A stretch of 64,000 bases of DNA from Candidatus Latescibacterota bacterium (GCA_965208835.1 OZ242358.1:4352001-4416000), one strand, 5' to 3'. Shown: positions 1-10,976, counted from the stretch's first letter. The notes: generated by a model not told the origin, from the sequence alone. Program-made: numbers and translations.

Positions 1-1
1 T

Positions 2-2374
2 CTACAACCCGTAACCTCCCCGGCGGTGTTCGACTTTTATCTGCGGAAATTCCTTGATGTAGAGCTTGAAATGAAAGCCCTTGTTGAATCCGGTGGGATA
101 CCAGCTGAACGTGGCCCGCCAGCAGTGAAGTTCCCTGTAAACGTAAAGCGTCTGGGAAACAAGCTCGGTGTCTATCAGATCGAAGTTGACGGAATAATTA
201 AAGCGCCAGGCGCGCGTTGGATTCAATGCCAGGTCCGCCTTCACCCACGAGCGCTTCGATGATCCGAAACCCGCGGCGAAAGACTCCCGATAGCTGAAAT
301 AATGTCCCACGTTGAAATGCCACGGCTGCGTTGTGTCTCCGAAGTCACGGTAAATGTCGTCTTCAAAGTTAAACCCTGTTCCCGACATGGGAAGCATGGA
401 TCTGTCGTATCGCGTTGGATCCGACTCCCGATCGGTTCGCCCGCTGAAGCGAAGGCTGGTGTTGACGCTGAGGCTGCGGAGTCGCGGGTGATACAGGTAT
501 AGACGTCCCGATGCGTCGTAGAACGTGTGCGACATATTGAGACGAACGTCGATCCGCCGGACCGGCTTTATCGAGGCGGAGGTCCGCAGGTCGCGCCATC
601 GTCGCTGCGGGTTGGCGTCGAAGTCGTATCCACTGGAGAAACTGGCCGTTGCGAAAGTGGATCGCCGTACTTTGCCGTCCACCTCGGTCTTGATTTCAAC
701 GGAATTGTTGAGCCGCATGTTGAGGGTGCGCCTGGGGTCATTCCAGTCACGACGCCCGTGGAAGCCCAGGGTCGCGCCATCGACCCGTGCGGTATGGTAG
801 TACCTGAAGTTGATCTGGGGCTGAAACCGGTGGCGGATACCTCTCAGCCGTCCGATTTGAGGCTTGAAGATACCATAGAGCGAGGTGCCGGCGGCGAGGC
901 TGGCGTTGTAGGACTCCCTGCGCGTCCGTGTATCCGCGCTGGGGCGCGAGGAGGTCTGACTGACGCTGAGTCGGTGGGTGAGATCCAGCCAGCCGAAGGG
1001 TTTGTGCTGGCTGTTGACCCCCAGCCGGGAGTTCAGCGACAGATTGTGCGTGTTGTCGGCCCGGTCCTCGTTGCGCGTGAAGGCGTTCGTCAGGCCGCCG
1101 GAAACGTCGTAATAGAAGGCGTGGTACCAGAGGGCGTCCCGGGTTGATACGGGCTGACCGAAAATGCGCCGCCTGCCTTGTCGGAAAGAGAGACGTGGGA
1201 AACCCTGAAACCGGTTCTGGTTTTGATCCAGATCCCGGTAGTAATTGAGGTTGATATCCATGCTTCGCCTGGCTTCCGTCCAGCGCTTGTCCATGGAGAA
1301 AGACGATCGGAGCTGCCGGTTCAGGTACATGTAGAGGTTGCTGGAATTGTGAAGGTCGAAGTTGGAGCTGTTCGTGAAGTCCCCCCGCGCCCTCATGTTG
1401 AGGGTCGGGTTCAGCCGGTGCTGATGGTGGAAGTTCAAACGCCAGTCTCGGCGGGAATCACCCGAGGGCTGCCGCCCGCGTTCAAAGGACAGGTTCATAT
1501 ATCCGCTGAGTCGTCTTCGCACCGCGTAGTCGATACCCGCGTCAACGAGAAAACCGTTGCGTTCCCGAAGAGCCGTCTTCAACGTGGCGTCCCAGTAGTC
1601 GTTGGGTGCCCAATAATACCCGATATTGCTGACGTTGACGCCATCACGGCTGTTGCTGCCGATCCGGGGTGTCAGTATGCCGGAGCGCCTGCCCTGCGTC
1701 AGCGGAAACACGTAGAACGGAAGCCACAACACCGGGACTGGACCCAGGCGAAACGTAACGGAGCGGGCGATGGCCTTGTCATCCTGAATCACCTTCAGGT
1801 CGCGGCACAGAAAGTCGTAATGGGTATGGTCCCTGTCGCACGAGGACATGGATATCGTACGGGCGTGAAGTTCCCGCTGCCGATCCAGGAGGATCTGGTC
1901 GCCCCTGTAATAACGCCTCCCGTGACGCGCACGGCCGCCCTTCACGCGGCCGCGACCGGTTTCCAGGTTGTAGACCATCGACGAGCCGGTGAATCGCTCG
2001 CTGCCCCGGACAAACTCGGGCATTCCAACGGTCTTGCTCCCGGTGGAATCCGGCAGCGCCTCGGCCTCCAGGCGCTTTGCCTCCCGATGGAGGACAACAC
2101 GTCCAGCGCGCAGTTCCACGACCTTGTATTTCAGGATGACGTTTCCCGTGAAGACGACGCGGCCCGCCGCGATGTCGTCCTCGACCCGGTCGGCCGAATA
2201 TTCATAGATCAGGGAGTCCGGCGCCGACGTCTCACGGCGTACGGTATGCGGACCGGGCTCCATTTGCGCAAAGGCCGCATTGACCGGAAGCAGCAACAGG
2301 AAAACAGGCGGGCCGCAGATGCGGCGGAAAGCCTTCCAGATCGCAGTCGCCTGCTTTGGCTTTGGCGAGTTCAT
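2..2374 (-). CDS. lptD: LPS-assembly protein LptD-like outer-membrane beta-barrel
   Basis: Signal peptide, OstA-like N-terminus (YSADRVE, FTGNV), motif SSCD..HY..C, GPVPVLWLPF..P..GRRSGIL.P, long beta-strand C-terminus. Start moved to MNSPKPK (2374); upstream alternatives exist. Confidence 0.75.
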   Translation of the reverse strand: MNSPKPKQATAIWKAFRRICGPPVFLLLLPVNAAFAQMEPGPHTVRRETSAPDSLIYEYSADRVEDDIAAGRVVFTGNVILKYKVVELRAGRVVLHREAKRLEAEALPDSTGSKTVGMPEFVRGSERFTGSSMVYNLETGRGRVKGGRARHGRRYYRGDQILLDRQRELHARTISMSSCDRDHTHYDFLCRDLKVIQDDKAIARSVTFRLGPVPVLWLPFYVFPLTQGRRSGILTPRIGSNSRDGVNVSNIGYYWAPNDYWDATLKTALRERNGFLVDAGIDYAVRRRLSGYMNLSFERGRQPSGDSRRDWRLNFHHQHRLNPTLNMRARGDFTNSSNFDLHNSSNLYMYLNRQLRSSFSMDKRWTEARRSMDINLNYYRDLDQNQNRFQGFPRLSFRQGRRRIFGQPVSTRDALWYHAFYYDVSGGLTNAFTRNEDRADNTHNLSLNSRLGVNSQHKPFGWLDLTHRLSVSQTSSRPSADTRTRRESYNASLAAGTSLYGIFKPQIGRLRGIRHRFQPQINFRYYHTARVDGATLGFHGRRDWNDPRRTLNMRLNNSVEIKTEVDGKVRRSTFATASFSSGYDFDANPQRRWRDLRTSASIKPVRRIDVRLNMSHTFYDASGRLYLYHPRLRSLSVNTSLRFSGRTDRESDPTRYDRSMLPMSGTGFNFEDDIYRDFGDTTQPWHFNVGHYFSYRESFAAGFGSSKRSWVKADLALNPTRAWRFNYSVNFDLIDTELVSQTLYVYRELHCWRATFSWYPTGFNKGFHFKLYIKEFPQIKVEHRRGGYGL

Positions 2375-2669
2375 ATTCTGGCGCCGCCGTCTGTTTCCAG
2401 GCATGGACGCAAGATATGGCACAGAAAACAGCAACCCCGAATCGACCGCAGGAACGACGGACGTTCGGTTTCCCGCCGCGAAGGACTGGCCCCGTAAATT
2501 CGATTCAAGCCGCGCCTCACCGGCACGCTCCCCCGTTTTGCAAAAGACATTTGAAGTTGACTTTTCGGCATATTTCGCGTTATTTTAGGCGTTGTGCCTG
2601 CAGCGCTGCGGGAGTCGCATCCGATCTGCAGGTAAAAGGCGCGTGAACTTTCAACTCATTTCGATTATT

Positions 2670-2755
2670 GCGGAAGTGGTGGAATTGGCAGACACGTCAG
2701 ATTTAGGATCTGGTGGGCATTGCCCGTGGGGGTTCGAGTCCCCCCTTCCGCACCA
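2670..2755 (+). tRNA. tRNA-Leu (anticodon TAG)
   Basis: GCGGAAG acceptor stem pairs with CTTCCGC, D-loop TGG, anticodon arm TCAGA-TTTAGGA-TCTGG, long variable arm, GGTTCGAGTCC T-arm, encoded CCA. Confidence 0.97.
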
Positions 2756-3071
2756 ACGTTGAAGCCGGACGGCGGGCTACGAAAATTCGGGCCGCGCGCT
2801 GCTGTGTTTCTGGCGCACGGCTTTTGTCTTGTACAGAAAACAGACAGCGCTGCCAGCCTCGTGTCCTGTCCCGAAAATACTTCACCATTCTGGGGGCCCC
2901 TCATCCCGTCTCGCGTTGTTATTTACATTGAGCCTGTTGAACGATGCGAGCCGAGCGACTCGACGGTCGAATGCTGGCAACCCGTTTCCGGGACAGACCG
3001 CAAATGAATATTCCGTTTTTCGGATAGTGAGTCAAGCCGAATTCTGAAAACTTCAACCCCATGGAGGGACG

Positions 3072-4352
3072 ATGGAACAGCTTGCGTTCCTGACCGAGGA
3101 GATTGTCCGGGAGATCCGGCGCCGGTTCGGCACGCCTGTTTTCGTTTATGACCAGGAGACGTTGGAGGCCCGCGCCAGAGAGGTCCTGGACTTTCCGAAC
3201 GCGTACGGATTGACCGCCAGATACGCGATGAAGGCCTTACCAACGGCGGCGGTCTTGAGAATCCTGAACCGGGCCGGGCTGCACATTGATGCCAGCAGCG
3301 GATACGAAGTGGAGCGCGCCATAGTGGCCGGCGTATCTCCGGATCAAATTCAGCTCACGGCTCAGCGTACGCCACGAAATCTGGAAAGCCTGGTAAAACA
3401 GGGTGTGAAATTCAATGCCTGTTCGTTGCAGCAGCTGAGGCACTACGGAGAACTGTTTCCGGGCCGCACGGTAACCGTACGAATCAACCCCGGTCTTGGT
3501 TCGGGGCACAGCAAGCGGACCAATGTGGGTGGCCCATCCGCCAGTTTCGGGATCTGGCATGAATATCTCGACGAGGTGCTGGCCATTGCCAGCACGTGCA
3601 ACCTGAAGATTTCGAGTATGCATACCCACATCGGTTCGGGTAGCGATCCCGAGGTCTGGGAACACTGCGCGATGATTTCCCTTCGAATCGCTGCCCAACT
3701 GCCGGAAGTGGAGGTGCTAAGCCTTGGAGGCGGATTCAAGGTAGGGCGGATGCCCGGGGAGGCGTCTACCGACCTGAAGCGGATCGGAATGCACGTTATA
3801 GAAGCGTTCCGGGCTTTTCGGAACGAGCAGGGGCGGGGACTTCGGCTGGAGGTCGAACCGGGCACCTTTCTGGTGGCCAATGCGGGAGCTCTGATCTGTT
3901 CGGTTATCGATTGTGCCGATACCGGCAAGAACGGGTACGACTTCCTTAAAGTAGACGCGGGAATGACCGAGCTGTTGCGCATCAGCCTTTACGGTGCGCA
4001 GCACCCCATCGTGACCGTGCCCGCACAGCCGGAGACGCGCCATCTGAAGGAATATCTGATTGCCGGCCACTGCTGTGAGAGCGGGGACGTGCTGACACCG
4101 GCGCCAGGAGATCCGGATGGACTGCAGCCCCGGTTTCTTGGCGAGGCGAGGGAGGGCGACCTGCTGGCGGTGGGCGGGTCAGGCGCGTACTGTTCCGGCA
4201 TGGCGTCCAAGAACTATAATTCATTCCCGGAGGCCGCCGAGGTGCTGAAGGCACCGGACGGCACGCTGCATCTGATCAGAAAACGGCAGACACTGGACCA
4301 GATTACGGTAAACGAAGTGATGCCGGGATTCCTGGAAGCCGAGCCAGGCTAG
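3072..4352 (+). CDS. lysA: Diaminopimelate decarboxylase
   Basis: GTPVFVYD, YAMKA (PLP lysine), DASSGYE, HTHIGS, LGGG, EPG, GHCCESGD, GAY motifs; RBS GGAGG. Confidence 0.92.
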   Translation: MEQLAFLTEEIVREIRRRFGTPVFVYDQETLEARAREVLDFPNAYGLTARYAMKALPTAAVLRILNRAGLHIDASSGYEVERAIVAGVSPDQIQLTAQRTPRNLESLVKQGVKFNACSLQQLRHYGELFPGRTVTVRINPGLGSGHSKRTNVGGPSASFGIWHEYLDEVLAIASTCNLKISSMHTHIGSGSDPEVWEHCAMISLRIAAQLPEVEVLSLGGGFKVGRMPGEASTDLKRIGMHVIEAFRAFRNEQGRGLRLEVEPGTFLVANAGALICSVIDCADTGKNGYDFLKVDAGMTELLRISLYGAQHPIVTVPAQPETRHLKEYLIAGHCCESGDVLTPAPGDPDGLQPRFLGEAREGDLLAVGGSGAYCSGMASKNYNSFPEAAEVLKAPDGTLHLIRKRQTLDQITVNEVMPGFLEAEPG

Positions 4353-4536
4353 CCGAAAATTACGTATCTGGGCTGCTTGATGTTGTCGTACAGTCAGATT
4401 CATACCCCGGATATTTCTCATCGATCAGCCGGCGAGACATCCTGTATCGCCGGCTGTATTTATGCCCGCCAATTCCCGGACGCCAACGCAGGCGCTCCAG
4501 CGCCGGACGGTTGGCGCCCGGCGTCTGCGAAACGCA

Positions 4537-6396
4537 TTATTCGGCAACCCGGTAGCTGTAAAGGTGGGACCCGCTGCCAAAGTAGATTCGGCCGTCCAGG
4601 ATGTCACCTCCCGGTCCGACGGGTACGGGCGATTCAGCCAGCATCCGTATTTCGTGTGTATCGGGTTCCACGATGGCGACACCCCTCGTGAAGAGGATGA
4701 AAATAGCGCCGTCAGGCGCGGTAACAAAAACCCTTGGGCCCTGCTGCGACGTCGTGGGCCCGAACTCGGACTCGAGTTCGCGCTGGTGAATCACCTTTCT
4801 GTCTACGGGATCGAAGACGAAAAAGCGCCTGCGGTCCGCGATGCCGTAGACCGTGCCGCTCGGCCCCGAGTACATATCCGTATACCCCTGAACCCCTCGG
4901 AAGACCGCCTCGTGCCAATCGAGCTGCCGTGTTTCCATGTCCATAATATAGAGTTCAGCTTCGTCGGCTTTCTGTTCACCACCCGTACCGGCGCTGGTCG
5001 TGGTGCCCCCCAAGAGCTTGTCTCCGGCGAGGGGAACCAGGCTCATGGTGGATTGGTCGGGCAGGATATCTGTATGTTCGAGCAGCGCGTGCTCACGGGT
5101 CTGTCTGTCCCAGAACAGCAGGCCGCCGCCGGTTAGCCCGTAACCAGGAGTACCGGCCAGCACCAGGGTTCTTCCGTTCGGATGCGCAAGCAGCATGTGA
5201 GGGCGGTTGATGACCTCGTGGCACTCGTATAGCAATTCCGGGTTGCAGCCAGCCTTGTCCCGCTCGGTGTGTACCCATGGCTCGGCCGGATCCCATTCCT
5301 CCAGCAGACCGTGCGTATATGCGCCGATAAAGAACATGTCGCCTTCTCTGGCGACGGTATTCCACTGCCCCAGCGCCGGACGGTTGATCCAACTGTCGGT
5401 CTCCGGATTGAAGCTGAAAAAGTGCATGGGGAACGCGGTGCCTCCGCAGATGGTGTTGTCCGGAGCCGTGGCCACGCCCATGATGTGGGCGCCTTCGCTG
5501 GTGTAGTCGAACGAGACTTCGCGGGTCTCGCCGGTACCGGGGTCTTCAACGGCAAGGGTACGCTCGACCAGGCTGCAAGCGACCATTCGTTTACCGTCGG
5601 GAAAATCGGCGTGGAACAGACCCTGGCTGCCGGCAATGATCGGTTTTTCACGTCTGTTGTCAATCCTGCCGATATCCGTACGTGTACCGCGGTAAAGTTC
5701 CATCCATCCATCCTCGGAACCACCGCTGGTATGCCCGTAAACCCTCCCGTTCAGGTCACGGTACACGGCTGCGTGGGCCTGGGTTCGTTCGCGTTCTGCA
5801 AGAAGCGGTTCCGCCCTTCCCGTTTCCGGATCAAGTGAAATTATCTGACTGGCCGTGCTGCCGATGCCGAAGAAAACCCACCCGGTTTCGTCAGCGGCGA
5901 TCGCCCGTGGGTATTGACGCCAGTTCTGGTCGTAGAGGTTTCCGTAGTCGCGGAATTCGCCGGTACGGGGGTTATATGATGCCACCGCGCTGTTCGGATA
6001 CGTTCCCGACCAGATGCGGCCGTCGTCGTCCTCGGTCATGCTCATGGCCATCTGCGGCACGGTCTTGTGGAAGAAGGTGAACGCGCGCTTCTCGGGGTCG
6101 AATTCGACAAAGTGGCTGTTGAAGTGCGTGTAATACCTGTTGCGGCTGGACAGGATGGCGGCGAACGGACCGTCGCCGCCCGGCGGATAAGGCATTGGGA
6201 ATTCGTCGGCCTCACCGGTTTCCGCGTCGATCATCAGTAACGCATATCCGCCCCGGTTGTCGTAAAGCCAGATCAGGACAACGTTGCGACCCTCGGCGTC
6301 CACGGTAACGGCCGTGCCGCGATGGTTGCTGACGGGCGTGGCGACACCGTGATGGTAAAAACCGTTTCCCATTGCTTCGGTACTGGAACCAGACAT
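4537..6396 (-). CDS. Hypothetical beta-propeller repeat protein
   Basis: 619 aa, repeated (F/Y)DP.TG and G.IY.GT blade-like motifs; RBS GGAGG. Confidence 0.6.
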   Translation of the reverse strand: MSGSSTEAMGNGFYHHGVATPVSNHRGTAVTVDAEGRNVVLIWLYDNRGGYALLMIDAETGEADEFPMPYPPGGDGPFAAILSSRNRYYTHFNSHFVEFDPEKRAFTFFHKTVPQMAMSMTEDDDGRIWSGTYPNSAVASYNPRTGEFRDYGNLYDQNWRQYPRAIAADETGWVFFGIGSTASQIISLDPETGRAEPLLAERERTQAHAAVYRDLNGRVYGHTSGGSEDGWMELYRGTRTDIGRIDNRREKPIIAGSQGLFHADFPDGKRMVACSLVERTLAVEDPGTGETREVSFDYTSEGAHIMGVATAPDNTICGGTAFPMHFFSFNPETDSWINRPALGQWNTVAREGDMFFIGAYTHGLLEEWDPAEPWVHTERDKAGCNPELLYECHEVINRPHMLLAHPNGRTLVLAGTPGYGLTGGGLLFWDRQTREHALLEHTDILPDQSTMSLVPLAGDKLLGGTTTSAGTGGEQKADEAELYIMDMETRQLDWHEAVFRGVQGYTDMYSGPSGTVYGIADRRRFFVFDPVDRKVIHQRELESEFGPTTSQQGPRVFVTAPDGAIFILFTRGVAIVEPDTHEIRMLAESPVPVGPGGDILDGRIYFGSGSHLYSYRVAE

Positions 6397-6614
6397 GGGA
6401 TTGCCTCCGTTGAATTCCGTGAAGGATTCGGGAGCGGTTGGACCGGGCAGGCAGGATTGTTCGATGCGACCGAATATAACAACCCGATTGGGGGAGAAAA
6501 ACCGGTTTTTGACGTCCTTTCGCGACGTCCTGGTCGGAGGGCCGGGTGCGAGCTTCCTATTTGAGATCTGGAAATCCGCGGGTCGGAACGGGAGACGCCG
6601 GAGATGACGGACCC

Positions 6615-8069
6615 TTAGGTACTGTGGGTCGGCAGGTATTCCGCAGGGACTATGGTCCCGGGGGAAGCGGTGACGCGGGCAATGGGCCGGATCTGTGCAA
6701 GCGCGAGCGTAAGCGCAGCTTCCGGATCGACCGCGGCAAGGAGCCCGCAGGCGAATAGAACGTGTTCTCGATCCAGCATCAATCGCGGCTTTCCGGGATT
6801 CAGCGAGAATGGATCAGCGGAATCCGCGAGGGCCATCTCGAGGATTTCTTCCGGCTGTTCCGACACGGTCAGTGCGCCTCCCGTTCCCACGACGGCGTTG
6901 ACGTCGGACAGGTCTTTGCCGCGCTGTACGACGACCGGCCCGCTAACTGTTCGGACGGCTTCGACCGTACCCGTATGCCGGGCAACGGCGACGCGTACCG
7001 CGGCGCGGGCAAGGGCGTGGTCGACCTTTCTGCCTTCGTTATCGACCTGCAACCGCGAAGCGCGCCCGTCAACGTCGCGGACGATTGATTCAACCCGGAC
7101 GGCAGTCAGCCCGGCGTCGGAGGCGACCGCCTCCAGACCCGCGGCGTCCAATACCGATTTCGCATTGCGTCGCATTCCCAGGTCCCCCTCGACCGTGCAC
7201 TTGGCGCGGGGTTCGGGCAAGGGGTCGGCCGAAACGCTGCCCAGGGTAGATTCGCCTGTGCAAATGGAGTGGACATCGGTCGTCGCGCCGCCCACGTCAA
7301 CCGCCACCAGCGTTCCTACCCCCGGTCGTCGGCCGTCACCGTCCGCCAAAAGCCGCGCACCGTCCAGGACGGCGGCAGGCGTGGGCATCAGAACCAGATC
7401 GAACATCCCGCTGGCGCGATCGATCCCCTTTACCTGGACGATTCGATCGATGAAGATGCGCCGGATCTCATCCCGGGCCGGTTCGACGTTCAGCACGCAG
7501 TATGACGGCATTACGTTTTCGGTGACCACAACGGGTATTCCGGCGTCCGTGAGTACGTCGCCTATCGCGGCGGAAGCGGAACGGTTACCCGCGACCACGA
7601 CCGGACAGCGAATCGGAATATCTGACAGTGTCCGCGCGTTTGCAATGATTGCCTCGCTGTTGCCGTCGTCCGTACCGCCCGTAAGCAGGATGATATCCGG
7701 ATCGTGGCGCGCGATCCGATCGGCGTCTGCGCGGGTCAGTTCACACGCAAATGTGTCGACCAACTTGGCCCCCGCGCCCAGTGCCGTCCGGCGGGCCGCC
7801 TCGGCGGTCAATTCGCGAACCAGGCCGATGGCAACCAGGCGGAGGCCGCCGGCAGCGCTGCTGCAGGCCAATCTATAGCGGAAACGCGTCTGGTCGCCCA
7901 GACGACGGTGCAGAACGTCCAGTGCTTCGGCATATCCCAGCCCGACGTCGGTCTCAACCGAGGAAGGCGCCTGGCTGGCCGCGAGAAGCCGACCCCGGGT
8001 GAGGTCGACGGCCCTCAGCTTCGTAAAGGTACTTCCGAAATCGATAAGCAGTGCAACGGGCCCGCTCAT
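6615..8069 (-). CDS. glmL: Glutamate mutase accessory/reactivase protein GlmL (MutL family)
   Basis: LIDFGSTFTK, ACSSAAGGL, LLTGGTDDGN, MPTPAAV, VDVGGATTDVHS, TVEGDLGMR; ATG overlaps the stop of the upstream S subunit. Confidence 0.9.
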   Translation of the reverse strand: MSGPVALLIDFGSTFTKLRAVDLTRGRLLAASQAPSSVETDVGLGYAEALDVLHRRLGDQTRFRYRLACSSAAGGLRLVAIGLVRELTAEAARRTALGAGAKLVDTFACELTRADADRIARHDPDIILLTGGTDDGNSEAIIANARTLSDIPIRCPVVVAGNRSASAAIGDVLTDAGIPVVVTENVMPSYCVLNVEPARDEIRRIFIDRIVQVKGIDRASGMFDLVLMPTPAAVLDGARLLADGDGRRPGVGTLVAVDVGGATTDVHSICTGESTLGSVSADPLPEPRAKCTVEGDLGMRRNAKSVLDAAGLEAVASDAGLTAVRVESIVRDVDGRASRLQVDNEGRKVDHALARAAVRVAVARHTGTVEAVRTVSGPVVVQRGKDLSDVNAVVGTGGALTVSEQPEEILEMALADSADPFSLNPGKPRLMLDREHVLFACGLLAAVDPEAALTLALAQIRPIARVTASPGTIVPAEYLPTHST

Positions 8070-8527
8070 GGATGGTCCCGGGGAATTCCGCCGGCACGCG
8101 CCAGGAAGTCGCACTCGAGCGCGGAGGCGATATCGTTCGCACCTGTACCTGAAGGAAAGGCCCTGTCGAATCCCATCGTCAGAAATCGCTTTTCCTCGGC
8201 GCGCCAGTCATCTGCGCAATCGTCCGGAATACCGATGAAATAGGCCAGGATCTCTCCGATACCCGCTTCAACGCAGATCTCGCGAAAGCCGCGGCACTCA
8301 GGTTCTCCGTGTCCGTGCAGAGAGTAAACCAGGATACCGTCGGCATTGGTTTCCACAGCCGCGTTGACGAAATCAGCGGGCGGAGAAAAGGCGGAAAGCG
8401 GCACGACATTGTATCCCGCCGCTTCCAGGGCATGACCCGGAATCCGTGCGCCGGCCGCGTGACGGTCCGATCCAATCACCGCGACAATCAATGTCTTCGA
8501 TACAATGGTGTGCATCGCACGCTTCAA
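8066..8527 (-). CDS. mamA: Glutamate (methylaspartate) mutase S subunit, B12-binding, divergent
   Basis: VIGSDRHAAG (DxHxxG), AAVETNAD, SLHGHG, MGFDRAFP; adjacent to glmL. Confidence 0.8.
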   Translation of the reverse strand: MKRAMHTIVSKTLIVAVIGSDRHAAGARIPGHALEAAGYNVVPLSAFSPPADFVNAAVETNADGILVYSLHGHGEPECRGFREICVEAGIGEILAYFIGIPDDCADDWRAEEKRFLTMGFDRAFPSGTGANDIASALECDFLARAGGIPRDHP

Positions 8528-8568
8528 GTCGTCCTTCTGCGCGGTGGATCAGCCCGCAGCCAGGCACC

Positions 8569-9765
8569 TCATTCATACGGTCGCGCCCATCGACGCACGA
8601 TGCGGCTCAGGTGTCCGAGGCGGACCCGCCCTACCTGGGGGTATACGGGAAGGAACAGGAGCTGCGACCGAAGCGCCATTGCAGATGTTGGCGCCTGGTC
8701 CGGCAGATTCCGGTCCGGATCGACCACGCATAGCGACGGTGGCCACAGATGTGCGTCGAGGCCGGCATCCCAGAGCCGCCGGCACAGATCCGCGGCGTTG
8801 CCGACCCTGACGGCGAAGAGCCAGTAAGAGTGTTTCGCGCGCCGGCCCGGGTAGGAGAGGTCCGATACGCTGCGATGGAATGCCATGGCTTCCTGCCGGC
8901 AGCCCCTGGGCTTGAGGGCATTTGAATGCAAGCGCCTGGACAACAGACGCAAGAGGGCGCCGCAGGGTTGACGGCGGATCTTCCTGAGCAGTTCCATTCC
9001 CCTGAACCCGCGTGTAGCGCGGTATCCCACGGCATCGTGCGATCTGCCCAACAGGCGGCACGCGGCGCAGAGAAGGGTATACGGCCCCGGCCTGTTGAGC
9101 AGGAGAACGACGCCGTATTTTACCAGGCGCAGGAAGAACCACCCCTTGCTCTGCACCGGATAACTGCATTGCTGCCGTCTGACTTTGTCACGAAGGACGG
9201 GATCGCCCACGAAGAGAAGGCCGCCGCCCAACGCGGTATAGTACTTGATCGGCCCGAAACTGAACATGCGCACGTCGCTGTCAGGATGACCCGTGAAGCC
9301 GTCACCCCAATACGCCTGGGCGCAGTCTTCAAACAGCACCAGGCCGTGCATTCTGGCGAAACGAACAAGGGAATCCATTGGGATGCGGGCGCCGAACAAA
9401 TGAGTCGCCAGCAGCGCGACGGTTCCCGGCGTCAGCCCGCTGCGGAGGCTTTCCGGATCGGGCTCGAGCGTCCGTGGATCCAGATCGACCGGAACGGGCA
9501 CGAGTCCGTGGCTACGGATGATTTCGAGTATATCGGGAATGGTGATGGCGGACACCAGGATTTGTGAACCGCGGGGAAACCCGGCTGCCTGGAGACAGGC
9601 ATCGAAGCCGCTGCGAAGGGAAAGAAAAAAGAGGGCTTCGTCGGGGTCGCCCGTGGTTTCCCGGCACGCGGCATGGCTTTTCGCTCGCCTGTCGCCCGAG
9701 AGGCACTGGCTCATGCCGAAAAGGAGGTCGCGCCAGCCGATATCGAGTCTCTTGCGAGGAATCAT
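8569..9765 (-). CDS. DegT/DnrJ/EryC1/StrS-family PLP-dependent aminotransferase
   Basis: THLFG, FEDCAQA, FSFGPIK (Schiff-base Lys), ALGGG; start moved to MIPRKRLDI. Confidence 0.85.
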   Translation of the reverse strand: MIPRKRLDIGWRDLLFGMSQCLSGDRRAKSHAACRETTGDPDEALFFLSLRSGFDACLQAAGFPRGSQILVSAITIPDILEIIRSHGLVPVPVDLDPRTLEPDPESLRSGLTPGTVALLATHLFGARIPMDSLVRFARMHGLVLFEDCAQAYWGDGFTGHPDSDVRMFSFGPIKYYTALGGGLLFVGDPVLRDKVRRQQCSYPVQSKGWFFLRLVKYGVVLLLNRPGPYTLLCAACRLLGRSHDAVGYRATRGFRGMELLRKIRRQPCGALLRLLSRRLHSNALKPRGCRQEAMAFHRSVSDLSYPGRRAKHSYWLFAVRVGNAADLCRRLWDAGLDAHLWPPSLCVVDPDRNLPDQAPTSAMALRSQLLFLPVYPQVGRVRLGHLSRIVRRWARPYE

Positions 9766-10121
9766 CTCAGATTCGCTCGTTTGCCGGCGCGCGCAGGCAG
9801 GATGAAACGATATGGAGGAACTGATTTCGCATGGGGCGAGCGTACTGTCGGATCGGATCTGACCTTCCGGGCTCCAAGTATTGTATTTCCCCAACGTCAG
9901 TGAATCAATATCGCAATTCCCTCCATAATACCCATTTGCCGTTGCATCCTGCAACACATTCGTTGACTTCGAAATTACGATGCTGGAATACGGAAAGATG
10001 CCGACAGCGACGCGAAGGGATTGATGGGTAGCGAACAACATATCTCCTCAGCCGTCATCTCTTCTACGGTGCAGAATCGTATACGATGGCTCTGGTGGGA
10101 ACTCTCGTTCAATTTTCGCCA

Positions 10122-10976
10122 TCAGGCTGGCTCCTCTTCAGCCGGCGTCGCGGCTTGCTCGGGACCGGCCGGGGGTTCGAGCGGTGTCCCTTCGCGCTTT
10201 GCCATCTGATGAAACCATCGCAGCCCGATGACGGCCAGTGCGATACCGCTCGCAAACAGCCACCACGGAAGAAACTCCACAACTCCCCAATCCTCGATAG
10301 GACGGAATAGCTCCATACGCACCGAAATCAACGACAGAAAATTGTTCAGCGCGTGACCGAACAACGCGGGCAGCAACGAACCTGTCTGTACGACCCACCA
10401 GGCAAGAACAAGCCCCAGTATCAGGGCTCCCGTGAATTGCCAGGGATTCATATGCAATACGCCGAACAGCACCGCAGACCACACAATGGCACGCCACCGG
10501 GTACCGTGACCTAACAACCCGCCCAGAATAACGCCTCTGCAGAGGACCTCCTCAGTCAGTGGCGCTTGAATCGCGAGAACATAAAACGCGAGACCAAGAG
10601 GTGTTTTGCTCCCCATTAGATCGAGGAATATGTCGAGGTATACTTTGGGAACTGGAATCAGATATTGGACGAAGGTTGTAACGTTGGATATGACAATGCC
10701 GAATCCCAGGATCGAGACAGTAAGTGGGAGGTATATTCTCCACGGCACTGTCCTTAAAAGCAGGACGTCTGACCAGGGCCGACCGGATCGACGCTGTGCA
10801 TATAACACAAGGAGAGCGAAAATGGGGAGGCTTAGAATCCATCCCAGGTATTCGAAGATTCGTGTTTCATTGTCCGAGGCGGCGCCGAGGAAATGAAGCA
10901 CCATTCCCAATATGCCGGTTGCGACCACAAACAAGAAAATCAGCCAGACGGACTGCTTCAGATTCGGATACGCCAT
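10122..10976 (-). CDS. CPBP (Abi/CAAX) intramembrane metalloprotease, paralog 1
   Basis: EEVLCRG, FGVLH, HALNN motifs; polytopic; starts MAYPNLKQ. Confidence 0.9.
   Translation of the reverse strand: MAYPNLKQSVWLIFLFVVATGILGMVLHFLGAASDNETRIFEYLGWILSLPIFALLVLYAQRRSGRPWSDVLLLRTVPWRIYLPLTVSILGFGIVISNVTTFVQYLIPVPKVYLDIFLDLMGSKTPLGLAFYVLAIQAPLTEEVLCRGVILGGLLGHGTRWRAIVWSAVLFGVLHMNPWQFTGALILGLVLAWWVVQTGSLLPALFGHALNNFLSLISVRMELFRPIEDWGVVEFLPWWLFASGIALAVIGLRWFHQMAKREGTPLEPPAGPEQAATPAEEEPA

Noticed and set aside
1178-2497. Long antisense ORFs such as 1178-2497, 6652-7878, 42248-43297 and 50822-51745
   Set aside because: They are shadow frames of real high-GC genes on the opposite strand, with no recognisable motifs.
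2670-2755. tRNA-Leu as the integration site of the island
   Set aside because: No duplicated tRNA 3' end or integrase was seen, and the island starts more than 10 kb away.
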